Positions 50,326 to 59,576 of a stretch of DNA of 64,000 nucleotides are shown here, in pieces. The notes under the pieces are model-generated. The model had not been told where the DNA came from and ran no database searches. It saw nothing but the letters and a program-made list of their open reading frames with translations. The position numbers were made by a program, and so were the translations under genes. The DNA is from Myxococcota bacterium. Lineage in GTDB: Bacteria; Myxococcota_A; Polyangia; Polyangiales; Houyiibacteriaceae. The stretch covers positions 70,920 to 134,919 of the forward strand of contig JBCCEA010000007.1 in assembly GCA_039030515.1 (NCBI GenBank), written 5' to 3'. How positions within the stretch are numbered: the first letter of the stretch is position 1; the number at the start of each line of letters is the position of its first letter.

Positions 50326-52602
50326 GTGATGGGCCAACGAATCCTGATCTTCGAAAGCGATACCGACTTTGCGAACCTCCTTCAATCTGGCTTCAAAAGC
50401 TTTGGCGTCAAAGTTGATATTGTGGCCGATGGCGCTGAAGGGTTGCAGCAGGCGATAAGCAAACCTCCTTCGCTGATCCTTTTATCGATCGAACTGCCGT
50501 CGATGAATGGATTTCAGATTTGCAAAAAGCTAAAAAAACATCCCGACTTAAAAGACGTTCCTTTGGTGATTCTGTCGAGCGACGTCAATGCTGAGGAGAT
50601 ATTCGAACAGCATCGGAAGCTTAGGCAGCGGGCTGAAGATTACATTCTCAAACCGGTTTCCTTCGATGCGATCGTTGAGAAGATTGAAAAGCTCATCAAA
50701 CTCGAGATGCCGGAAGATGAACTTTTGGATATTTCGGCCGAACTCGATATCGAAGAAGAGCCCGTCGTCAACGCCTCTGCCTCTGAGGTCGATGAGGAGA
50801 TCGAGGCTTTCACGGAGAGTGCTTTCGACAACATCATCATGGATGAAGAAACGCTTTCGATCGAAGTGGATCACGGAGTCGAGGATGTTTCCTTCTCGGA
50901 ATCCGGCGCGATCGAAGGCGCAGCAGCCGAGCACAATTCCGCATATCCGCCAGAGGTTGAACTGCCGGACGTAGAACTGCCGGATGTGGAACTCGCAGAT
51001 GAAGAACTTCCAGAAGTGGAGCTCCCGGAGGTACAGCTCTCAGTCGATAATGCGCCGATTCCTCCGGTATCGGTTGAAGACGCTTCAAAGGAAATCTCAG
51101 CTCTTTCTCCTGATGCGACGACATCGGGCCACATAGCCGAGTTGGAGGCTGCGAGATCGAGTGTTTTGGAGCTCGAGTCTCGGCTCACGGCTGCACAAAA
51201 AGAGAGTGAAGAAGCGCGACAACAGCTAGGGAGAGCTCAGGCCCGAATTCAGGAGGTGAACACCCTTCAATCTGAGATTTCCGCACTAAAAGCTCAGATG
51301 GCGAAGTCTTCTGAAGGGGGAGCTCGGTCTTCCGGTGGAGGAGGCGTATCAAGTCGAGAGTTCCTAGACCTTCGAGAGGCTCTAAACACAAAAGATCGGG
51401 AGCTTCTTAATCTTAAAGATCAGGTTAGTGCACGTGACAAGCAGGTTCTCGAGTTGCGCGATAGAAACCTGCAGTTTGAGCGTGAAAAAGCGGACTACGA
51501 CGAGAAAGTGCTTGGCTTGGAGAGGAGCCTGGCAGATGTCAATGATGTTGTAACCCAACTCAAAGAAGATAAAGCCGCAAGCGAGAAGCGACTTGAGGAC
51601 TTGAAGGGTCGCGCAGAGCGATCGGAAGCAAAAAACAAAAAGCTAGAAACGGAGATCGATCGGCTGCACGAGTCGATCGAGTCGGTGCGCACAACGCTTG
51701 GTGCAGAGCATGCCGCTGCTCTCGGCGCTCAGAAGGCGGAGTACGAAACGAAGTTCGGTGACCAGCAGGCTGCTCACGAGCAGGCGCACCGAGAGGCGCA
51801 AGCGGTTTTCGACCACGAGAAATCGCGACAGAGCACCCTGCACCAATCGGAACTGGATTCGCTTCGGACAAAACATCAGGCCGAAATTGCAGCGTTCAAG
51901 GAGCAGCAGGCGAGCGAGGTTGAGGCGCTCAAGTCGGAGCACGCAAAAGAAACGCTTCTCGCGCAAAAGGCTGCTGAGGAAGAGCGCGCAAAACAGCTTG
52001 CGGAACTGACGCAGAATCACGAAGAGCACGTGGCCAAGCTCCAAAAGGAATTTGAGGTCGAAGGAGATCGGCGGGTTGCTGAGACGATCCGGACAAAGGA
52101 AGAGCGAATTTCGCTGATTAAGTCGGAGCATGCAGCAGCGATGACGAGTAAGGAGCAGGAGTTGTCTGAGGCCCATGAGGGTTCGTTGCTCCAGCTTCGT
52201 GAGGAGCACCAACAGGAACTGGCTACCATGGGTCGGAAGCTTTCAGAGACCGAGTCTAGCCTTGAAACCACGCGGGTTGAGCTTTCTAAGACCGAGGAGC
52301 AGCGGGCAGAGCTCGACAGTGGGCTTGCTGCACGAACTGTGGAGCGAGATAAGATTTCTGAAGACCTCAAAGCGTCGGATGCCAAAGTTGCCCTGCTGAC
52401 AACGAACTGCTCCGGGTTGGAGTCCGACCTCACGGAGGCGCAGCAAACCAAGGACCGGCTCCAAGAAGATCTGGACCAGCTCCGCAGCAAGGTCGACATG
52501 GACACGGAGATTCTCGAGCGTGCCCGCAAGGCGGTGGCGATCAGTCTTGGTCTCCTGGAAGACCAGCGCAACAACTCGCTGTCGAAGGACGCCGCTCAGT
52601 AG
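50326..52602 (+). CDS. frzS: FrzS-like pseudo-receiver / coiled-coil motility protein
   Basis: ILIFESD, Ser at the phospho-Asp site (LLSIELP), NGFQICKKLKK, QHRKLR..AEDYILKPV; acidic linker; long coiled coil. Confidence 0.7.
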   Translation: MMGQRILIFESDTDFANLLQSGFKSFGVKVDIVADGAEGLQQAISKPPSLILLSIELPSMNGFQICKKLKKHPDLKDVPLVILSSDVNAEEIFEQHRKLRQRAEDYILKPVSFDAIVEKIEKLIKLEMPEDELLDISAELDIEEEPVVNASASEVDEEIEAFTESAFDNIIMDEETLSIEVDHGVEDVSFSESGAIEGAAAEHNSAYPPEVELPDVELPDVELADEELPEVELPEVQLSVDNAPIPPVSVEDASKEISALSPDATTSGHIAELEAARSSVLELESRLTAAQKESEEARQQLGRAQARIQEVNTLQSEISALKAQMAKSSEGGARSSGGGGVSSREFLDLREALNTKDRELLNLKDQVSARDKQVLELRDRNLQFEREKADYDEKVLGLERSLADVNDVVTQLKEDKAASEKRLEDLKGRAERSEAKNKKLETEIDRLHESIESVRTTLGAEHAAALGAQKAEYETKFGDQQAAHEQAHREAQAVFDHEKSRQSTLHQSELDSLRTKHQAEIAAFKEQQASEVEALKSEHAKETLLAQKAAEEERAKQLAELTQNHEEHVAKLQKEFEVEGDRRVAETIRTKEERISLIKSEHAAAMTSKEQELSEAHEGSLLQLREEHQQELATMGRKLSETESSLETTRVELSKTEEQRAELDSGLAARTVERDKISEDLKASDAKVALLTTNCSGLESDLTEAQQTKDRLQEDLDQLRSKVDMDTEILERARKAVAISLGLLEDQRNNSLSKDAAQ

Positions 52603-52651
52603 GTCGCAGGACGCCGCTCAGTAGGTCGAAGGACGCTGCTCAGTAGGTCGC
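52581..52651. repeat. 22 bp tandem repeat x3 containing the stop codon
   Basis: GTCG(A/C)AGGACGC(C/T)GCTCAGTAG three times. Confidence 0.92.
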
Positions 52652-52953
52652 TGAATAAGAGCGGTTGCCTTGAGCGGAGACGCGCTGCGCTCATAGATCG
52701 CGTTTGCGTCGATCGAGCGCAACTGACCCCTTCGGCGACCGATAAGCGAGGCAGGCTGTCCTGAGGTTGGGTCTCATCGCAGGTGCACACCTTGTGTGGG
52801 CATCTGCGTGTGTACGTCAATCGATTCGGTTTGCTGGGTAGACGCATCCAGGGATCGTCGATGCTGAGCCGCAATTGGGTGCGTCTCTGCGTTACAGGAC
52901 AAATCCTCAACCTTCGGAACACGCCAACGAATTGCGGGATGGATAGGTTTTGT

Positions 52954-54108
52954 ATGAATCGAGGTTTGTTTCTGGTCTCCATGCTCACCTTGGGGTTTTC
53001 TAACTTCGTTTTGGGATGCAACACATCAGGTCGCTTGGATGAGTCGAAGGGCCGCTGTGACGCAATCGCCTCGTCATGTGCCTGTGATGCCTCGTCATGT
53101 GCCTGTGATGAATGGGATCGATGTGACACCGGAGGGGCCTGTGTGCACGATCGCTGCGCGCCTCGAGATCGAGATCAGGGCTCTGTGGATGCAGGAGTTT
53201 CAAGAGAAATGGCCAATAAAGTGCAAGATTCGGGCACCTCTCCTCAAGACGATCCATTTCCGAAATACTGCGGTCCAGACGGGCGGGTTGTGCTCGAAGA
53301 GACTGCGATTCGAGGCACCCCAGAATGTCCTAGCGACAAGAATCTGCCGGGGTGTTCCTGCGAGCATATCGGCGAAGTAGCGGCGTGTTGGCCCGGCCTT
53401 CGCGCACATCGAAATAGAGGCATCTGCCGCGATGGGACCACGGTTTGCGAGCGTGCAGGTGAATTCGGCGCCGCTTGGGGCCCCTGCAAAGGTTATGTGC
53501 TGCCTGAAGAGCATGCCAAGCACGGAGCCGCCGCATGTGGTTGCTTTTCTGCGGGCACCTGGGAACTCGACAATACGAGTCCTTGCGTTGTGTCCTACCA
53601 AGACGGTGTGGAGTGGATGGTCTCCACGTTTGTCGACGGGGCAGGGCTTGCTCGATGTCCGACCCTGGTAGAGCCTGGTCTGCTTCCCCCGCAACCTGAG
53701 CCTGAAACACCTTGGACGACGCATCGACTCACCGTCGACTGCGAAGGTCAATTTCAGCTGTGTTACGCCATAAAGTCCGGAGATGCGCATCAGCCACTGG
53801 ACTCGGATTGCCTAGTTGCGCGCAGCTGCGTCGAAGTTTGGTACGAAGAACGCAATGTCCTGCAGGAGTTGCCTCCACTTCCAGGGTGGACGGCGGACTC
53901 CGCCGACTGCTCAGCGGAGTTCTCTGAGCGGGGAGGCTATGGTGAGATGACCGTTCTCGGACTCAGTGCAGACTGTGTCTCTGTCGATAACGGCGCTGGG
54001 GGCGCATATGTATTCCATCGCGTTCCCTACTGCGCCTCCGATTGCCAAGAGAGACCTATGGATCCGGATTGCCTCGATTGCGCGATGGGTGGTTTTGGAA
54101 CCTTCTAG
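52954..54108 (+). CDS. Cys-rich lipoprotein
   Basis: Lipobox VLGC; GICRDGTTVC..WGPCKGYVLP myxobacterial Cys motif. Confidence 0.8.
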   Translation: MNRGLFLVSMLTLGFSNFVLGCNTSGRLDESKGRCDAIASSCACDASSCACDEWDRCDTGGACVHDRCAPRDRDQGSVDAGVSREMANKVQDSGTSPQDDPFPKYCGPDGRVVLEETAIRGTPECPSDKNLPGCSCEHIGEVAACWPGLRAHRNRGICRDGTTVCERAGEFGAAWGPCKGYVLPEEHAKHGAAACGCFSAGTWELDNTSPCVVSYQDGVEWMVSTFVDGAGLARCPTLVEPGLLPPQPEPETPWTTHRLTVDCEGQFQLCYAIKSGDAHQPLDSDCLVARSCVEVWYEERNVLQELPPLPGWTADSADCSAEFSERGGYGEMTVLGLSADCVSVDNGAGGAYVFHRVPYCASDCQERPMDPDCLDCAMGGFGTF

Positions 54109-54298
54109 AAGCTTTAGAGTGAGGTCTAAAGGTATCCATAGGTCAGGCGAATTTTAGTTGGATATGCAGCAAGTCTAGACCTCTCGCACTCGGCGGGACG
54201 GTGCCGACATGAAGGTGCAGATGTGCTAGCGGTGCGCAGTCGACGAATGCTAGGAGAACCTCCAGTTCTCTTAAATCTCCAACTGGTTGTGTTTCAGG

Positions 54299-54646
54299 AT
54301 GCACGATACCGATACCGATACCGAGCAGAAGTTGGTCACCGATACCGAGCAGAAGTTGGTCGAAAAACTCGCCAGCGCTGTATGTGCGTCGCGAATGCAA
54401 GATCCAGCGCTTTTCATCCTCGAGTCGATCGGTCCATTGAACTTTTTACTGTCGCAACTGATGCATTTTAGCTACCCCTTGATGCATATCTTCCTGCAGC
54501 AGGGCGCTCTTGGCGAAGGGGGGTCGGGCGGGAGGACTCGTTTCCGCTTGAGTGCACGCGAGTACCGTGAGCTTGCCGGTCTTCTTGAACGGCGAGATGC
54601 GGTTGAGAGACTGATTCGTGCCCTTCAGGCGGAGGCGCAGCTGTAG
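54299..54646 (+). CDS. Small conserved-looking hypothetical protein
   Basis: PALFILESIGPLNFLLSQ..LLERRDAVERLI; AGGA before ATG. Confidence 0.72.
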   Translation: MHDTDTDTEQKLVTDTEQKLVEKLASAVCASRMQDPALFILESIGPLNFLLSQLMHFSYPLMHIFLQQGALGEGGSGGRTRFRLSAREYRELAGLLERRDAVERLIRALQAEAQL

Positions 54647-54745
54647 CAGGGAACCTAGGGAGGCCTTGCAGCAGGGAACCTAGGGAGGCCTTGCCGTAGA
54701 GAACCTAGGGAGGCCTTGCAGCAGGGAACCTAGGGAGGCCTAGCG
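54646..54745. repeat. 25 bp tandem repeat x4
   Basis: G(C/T)AG(G/A)GAACCTAGGGAGGCCT(T/A)GC(A/C/G), no spacers. Confidence 0.92.
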
Positions 54746-54921
54746 GTAGGGGAGCAAACATACCGGAGAGGCCGCCTGGGCACTGGCTCAGCAGCTCCCG
54801 AGGTTTGCGCAGCACATCCACCGCGCGCGGAAGGTTCGGCACTTTGTTGCGAAGACTGGGCGCTCAAGCGCGAACGCCACGGCTTCAGACTGTCTGCTCG
54901 AAAAGAACGTGCACAAAGAGG

Positions 54922-56421
54922 TCACGAATCAACCAGTTTGATCCCTGGCCACGCCGGATGTTTCGTTTCGCTTTCGCAAAGCAACGCTTGAGGATAGGTG
55001 CACTGTTTGCCTGCAAAGATGCCGACAGGGTGGTGGTTTCCGCTCGACTTGATGCCGCCAAAGGGAAGCCTTCCGCTCGCTCCGGCACTGCTGCGATTCC
55101 AGTTGAGAACGCCCACCTCGAGTTCGGCTGCGGCGTGTTCGAACAGCGCCCTCGATTTTGTAAACACTGCGGCGGAAAGTCCGTATCGGGTGTGATTGGC
55201 GTACTCGATCGCCTCATCCAGATGCTCGACCGGATAAATTGCGAGATCCGGGCCGAAAAGCTCGTCGTGGGTGTAGCCGGCTACCCGGATGTCGGGTGAG
55301 GGCGCTCGATGGATCGAAGGCTGCACGTAATATCCCGTCCTGCCCTCGATCGCCAGTGGTCCCCCAGGAACCAGAGGGTCGAATCCGGCTCGGACCGCGC
55401 GCTCCTGTGCTTCAAGGAGGCGTAGTCGGGCGGCTTCTTCTACCAGTGGACCCATGAAGACTTGTCGATCCAGCGGGTATCCGACTTGAATGGATCGAAC
55501 GGTTTGCTCAAGGGCTTGAAGGAACGCTTGTTCAACCTCTTTTGACAGGTACACGCGAGAGGTGGCCGTACACCTCTGTCCAGAAGAAACATACGCGGAG
55601 AATGCGATTTCTCGCACCGCGACGTTCACGTCGGCATCGTCAAGTACGATACTCGCGTTTTTTCCACCGAGCTCAAGCGCCAGGAGCCGACCCGGACGAT
55701 CCAAGTTTGCCTGAATCAAAGATTTCCCGACGTTTTCCGAGCCTGTAAAGAGTATGCCGTCCACCTCTGGATGGGACGTGAGCCGCTCGGCGATTTTAGG
55801 GCCGCCCTGAACGACATTGAACAGCCCATTCGGCAGGTCGGCTTCTTGAAAGCATTTGGCGAGCCAATAGGCCGTACCCGGTGCTTTTTCACTCGGCTTG
55901 AATACGACCGCATTGCCTGCATGCAGCGCTGGAAGAATCTGACCGTTCGGCAGATGCGCTGGAAAATTGAAAGGACCGATGACGGCAACCACCCCCAAGG
56001 GGCGGTACCGGAGTTCGCCGTTGATCTCCGGAATCTTGTGACTTTGGGTCAAGCTGGCTCCAGGGCCCAACACGAGATCGACTTTCGCCGCAAGGGCTTT
56101 GGCCTCTGTGGTCGCGTCCCAAATCGCTTTACCCACCTCTAGGGCGATGGTTTCTGCGATTTCCGACTGATGTCTCCTGAGCGCCTCTTGGTAGCGGCGC
56201 AGTGCGTCTTCGCGCGTTGCAGCGGGTACGCTCTTCCATAGCCTCTGTGCGTTTCGAGCCGCTTCGATCGCCTCTTCCACATCCGCTTCGGCAAAGGGAT
56301 GAATGCCGACTTGCTCACTCAAGTCTCCCGGGCATCGGATCACTAGCGCACCATCCGGCTTGGCTGGAGCGCGAAAGCGGCCATCGATAAAGTTGCCCGG
56401 CTGGTTTCCATATTCGTTCAT
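54922..56421 (-). CDS. Aldehyde dehydrogenase, succinylglutamate-semialdehyde dehydrogenase (AstD)-like
   Basis: GPFNFPAHLPNG, KPSE, FTGS, LELGGKN, GQRCTA, ELFGP, GASGRLPFGG..SGNH. Confidence 0.88.
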   Translation of the reverse strand: MNEYGNQPGNFIDGRFRAPAKPDGALVIRCPGDLSEQVGIHPFAEADVEEAIEAARNAQRLWKSVPAATREDALRRYQEALRRHQSEIAETIALEVGKAIWDATTEAKALAAKVDLVLGPGASLTQSHKIPEINGELRYRPLGVVAVIGPFNFPAHLPNGQILPALHAGNAVVFKPSEKAPGTAYWLAKCFQEADLPNGLFNVVQGGPKIAERLTSHPEVDGILFTGSENVGKSLIQANLDRPGRLLALELGGKNASIVLDDADVNVAVREIAFSAYVSSGQRCTATSRVYLSKEVEQAFLQALEQTVRSIQVGYPLDRQVFMGPLVEEAARLRLLEAQERAVRAGFDPLVPGGPLAIEGRTGYYVQPSIHRAPSPDIRVAGYTHDELFGPDLAIYPVEHLDEAIEYANHTRYGLSAAVFTKSRALFEHAAAELEVGVLNWNRSSAGASGRLPFGGIKSSGNHHPVGIFAGKQCTYPQALLCESETKHPAWPGIKLVDS

Positions 56422-56554
56422 GATCGATGCTCGTTTAAGAACGCGTAAGACTCGCAGGTGCATTAGACAAGGTGAGAGGCATCTACATCAAGGATCCGGT
56501 TGCGCTCTCTTTGTGTTGACACCCATAGCTCCCTCGTAAACGCTGTCGGCGCTC

Positions 56555-58462
56555 ATGTCGGATCCTTCGTCGATCGGGCGACCCGCTCTGGACTGGTCGC
56601 GGGTGCGGAGCGTGCTTGCCACGGACTGTGGTTCGACGACCACAAAGGCGATCTTGATCGAACGCCAACCGGACGGAACGTTTTGTCTCACTGCACGCGG
56701 AGAAGCGCCGACTACGGTAGAGGCGCCCTTTGAAGACGTGACCCACGGGGTTCGGAACGCAGCTTTGGAAGTACAGGAACTCTGCGGTCGACGCCTTGTC
56801 AGGGAGGAAGGCGAGGACGGCTGTGCGCCGCAGGACTGGCTCTTGCGACCTCAGACGGCAGAGGGGGGCGTAGACGCATATATCTCCACGTCGTCGGCAG
56901 GTGGAGGGCTTCAAATGGTGGCGATGGGCGTCGTGTCGTCGATGAGTACGGACTCGGCCCTCCGAGCGGCACTTGGCGCTGGAGCCGTCGTGATGGATGC
57001 GTTTTCAATCGACGATGGACGGCCGCCGCACCAGAAAATCGAACGCATCAGGCAGCTGCGACCAGATATGGTCGTGATGGCTGGCGGCGTGGACGGGGGT
57101 ACACAGCGGCACGTCCTTCAGCTCGCGGAGATCGTTTCGGCTGCGAGCCCCAAACCTCGCTTGGGCTCCTCGTACTCGCTACCGGTGGTCTATGCCGGCA
57201 ATCAAGACTGCCGCACCGAGGTCGAGCGGATACTGGCCGACAAGGTTACCGTCATCTCGGAGCGCAATGTTCGTCCGACTTTGGAAGAGGAAGATCTGCT
57301 GCCGGCACGAGAGAGGATACACGATCTCTTTCTCGAACATGTCATGCGGCAGGCCCCGGGTTATCCGCAACTGATCGAGCTTGCCGATGCGCAGATCGTG
57401 CCCACCCCAGGTGCAGTCGGGCATTTGATTCGTTCTGTCGCCGAGGAACGGAAGCAGAACGTACTTGGAGTAGATATCGGCGGCGCCACCACCGACGTGT
57501 TCAGCGTCTTTGGTGGGCGTTTCAATCGCACTGTGAGTGCAAATTTGGGCATGAGCTATTCGGTCAACAACGTCCTTGTCGAAGCTGGCTTTGAGAACGT
57601 CGTGCGCTGGCTTCCTTTCGATTGCGAGCAGGTAGAGTTGAGAAATCGGGTGGGCAACAAGATGATCCGGCCCACTACAGTTCCCGTCGATCTCGTCGAC
57701 CTCCAGATAGAGCAGGCCATCGCTCGGGAGGCCTTGAGGCTCGCACTCAAGCAGCACAAGGAGTTCGCGGTGGAGCTTCGAGGGATCCAGACCGATCGGA
57801 CCATTTCGGACGCCTTTCGGCAAAGTCATCGGAGCCGCAGCCTCATCCGAATGAACGATCTCGATCTCGTGATCGGCTCAGGCGGCGTATTAAGTCACGC
57901 GCCGCGGAGGGTTCAAGCCATGCGCATCCTGATCGATGCGTTCTTGCCGCAGGGGTTCACCGAGATCGCCGTCGACTCGATCTTTATGATGCCCCATCTA
58001 GGGGCGTTGGCCGCGCATCATCCCGAAGCTGCAGCCCAGGTTTTTGAACGCGACTGTCTGGTGAGGCTTGGCACGTGCATCGCTCCTGTAGGACGGGCTC
58101 GGATCGGAGCGCCTTGCCTTCGGGTGCTCATCGAGGCCGAACGCCGCACCCACTCTTTTGAATGCGCTGTCGGCGAGCTTCGTGTGGTTGCCTTGCCCTT
58201 AGGCGAGTTCGCGACAGTTCAGGTGACCCCGACAAGGCGGTTCGACCTTGGCAACGGGTTCGGTACGTCGGTACAGAAAAAGGTGGGCGGAGGTGTGGTG
58301 GGCATGGTCTTCGACACCCGGGGACGACCGAAGCCCTGGTTGAACGGGTCGGGCAGGCTTGAGCGTCTACGGCAATGGTCGCGGGCATGCGAGGAGTACC
58401 CGGAGGGGCACGAAGACGCGATCCAAAACCCTCAGGACGCAGGAATGCCCCTCTATGGCTAG
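56555..58462 (+). CDS. GlmL/MutL (glutamate mutase L)-like ASKHA ATPase
   Basis: TDCGSTTTKA, TSSAGGGL, AGGVDGG, VDIGGATTDVFS, IGSGGVLSHAP. Confidence 0.88.
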   Translation: MSDPSSIGRPALDWSRVRSVLATDCGSTTTKAILIERQPDGTFCLTARGEAPTTVEAPFEDVTHGVRNAALEVQELCGRRLVREEGEDGCAPQDWLLRPQTAEGGVDAYISTSSAGGGLQMVAMGVVSSMSTDSALRAALGAGAVVMDAFSIDDGRPPHQKIERIRQLRPDMVVMAGGVDGGTQRHVLQLAEIVSAASPKPRLGSSYSLPVVYAGNQDCRTEVERILADKVTVISERNVRPTLEEEDLLPARERIHDLFLEHVMRQAPGYPQLIELADAQIVPTPGAVGHLIRSVAEERKQNVLGVDIGGATTDVFSVFGGRFNRTVSANLGMSYSVNNVLVEAGFENVVRWLPFDCEQVELRNRVGNKMIRPTTVPVDLVDLQIEQAIAREALRLALKQHKEFAVELRGIQTDRTISDAFRQSHRSRSLIRMNDLDLVIGSGGVLSHAPRRVQAMRILIDAFLPQGFTEIAVDSIFMMPHLGALAAHHPEAAAQVFERDCLVRLGTCIAPVGRARIGAPCLRVLIEAERRTHSFECAVGELRVVALPLGEFATVQVTPTRRFDLGNGFGTSVQKKVGGGVVGMVFDTRGRPKPWLNGSGRLERLRQWSRACEEYPEGHEDAIQNPQDAGMPLYG

Positions 58463-59573
58463 CGCCTACACCCCCGGCCTACGCGTGACCGCAGAAGCGC
58501 AGATCGTACGGGAGCGGCGTCTGCCTCTGCAGGGGGAAGTGCTGGTGTCCGAGGGTGATCGCGTGGCGGCAGATTCGATCGTTGCCCGCACAGCGCTACC
58601 GGGAAGGGTATTTGCGCTCAACGCTGCAGGCAAACTCAATATCGTTGAGTCTGATCTTCCATCGATGATGCAAGTTACTCAGGGTGCGAAGGTGACCGAG
58701 GGCGATGTTCTGGCCGAGACTCCCGGTATTTTGGGCCTGTTCCGTTCTCGACTCGTTGCTCCGGTGGACGGCACGGTGGAGTCGATCAGCGCGGCCACCG
58801 GCAGAGTCATGGTGCAGGCCTCTCCCTTGCCGGTCGAGGTGCAGGCCTACGTCGACGGTGAGGTCGTCGAGGTCTGGCCCTCCGAAGGATGTGTCGTCCG
58901 CACTCAAGGCGCGCTTTGCCAAGGAATCTTTGGGGTTGGGGGTGAAACCCGCGGCAGGATTCTGGTTGTTGCCGGAAGGGGCGAGGTCGTTACCGAACGG
59001 CATTTCGGCTCGGAGTCGATGCAGGGTGCGGTTGCGGTTGGGGGGGCGCTTTTGACCTTCGAGGGATTTCAGGCGGCGCGCCAAGCCGGAGTTCGTGCGA
59101 TCGTTGCAGGAGCGTTAGACTATCAAGATATTGCACGCGTAGTGGGGCGTCAGGTAGGGGTTGCAGTCACGGGAGGTGAGCGGCTCGGGATAACCCTGGT
59201 ACTTACCGAGGGGTTTGGTCGCATCGAGATGGCTCGGCGTACTTTCAAGCTGCTGGAGTCACTCGAAGGAGATGTGGCCGCAGTCAATGGCGCAACTCAG
59301 ATACGCGCCGGGGTAGTTCGACCTGAGATCATCGTGCCCAGCCGCAGCTCGAGCGTGGAACTTCAAACAACCCATCATTCACGGCTCGACGTAGGCAGTA
59401 GGGTCAGAGTCATTCGGACCCCAAACTTCGGCAAGCTTGGCCACGTCACCGAGCTCCCGGTGCAGTCTCGGCGTATGCCCTCGGAGTCCTCGGTTCGGGT
59501 ATGTGTCGTGCAACTGGACTCGGGAGACTCAGTCACGGTTCCCCGCGCCAATGTGGAGCTCTTCGGGGAGTAA
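58455..59573 (+). CDS. Soluble hypothetical protein with barrel-sandwich hybrid motifs and C-terminal KOW/SH3-like domain
   Basis: Start MASAYTPGL overlaps the upstream stop; VSEGDRV, VTQGAKVTEGDVLA, LTEGFG, VGSRVRVIRTPNFGKLG. Confidence 0.82.
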   Translation: MASAYTPGLRVTAEAQIVRERRLPLQGEVLVSEGDRVAADSIVARTALPGRVFALNAAGKLNIVESDLPSMMQVTQGAKVTEGDVLAETPGILGLFRSRLVAPVDGTVESISAATGRVMVQASPLPVEVQAYVDGEVVEVWPSEGCVVRTQGALCQGIFGVGGETRGRILVVAGRGEVVTERHFGSESMQGAVAVGGALLTFEGFQAARQAGVRAIVAGALDYQDIARVVGRQVGVAVTGGERLGITLVLTEGFGRIEMARRTFKLLESLEGDVAAVNGATQIRAGVVRPEIIVPSRSSSVELQTTHHSRLDVGSRVRVIRTPNFGKLGHVTELPVQSRRMPSESSVRVCVVQLDSGDSVTVPRANVELFGE

Positions 59574-59576
59574 GAA

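Noticed and set aside
54646..54745. CRISPR array (also considered for 52581-52651 and the palindromic clusters)
   Set aside because: Repeats are head-to-tail with no unique spacers, and no cas genes are present
56555..58462. DNA mismatch repair MutL or a glutamate fermentation locus
   Set aside because: The motifs are ASKHA-type, not GHKL; no mutase subunits are present
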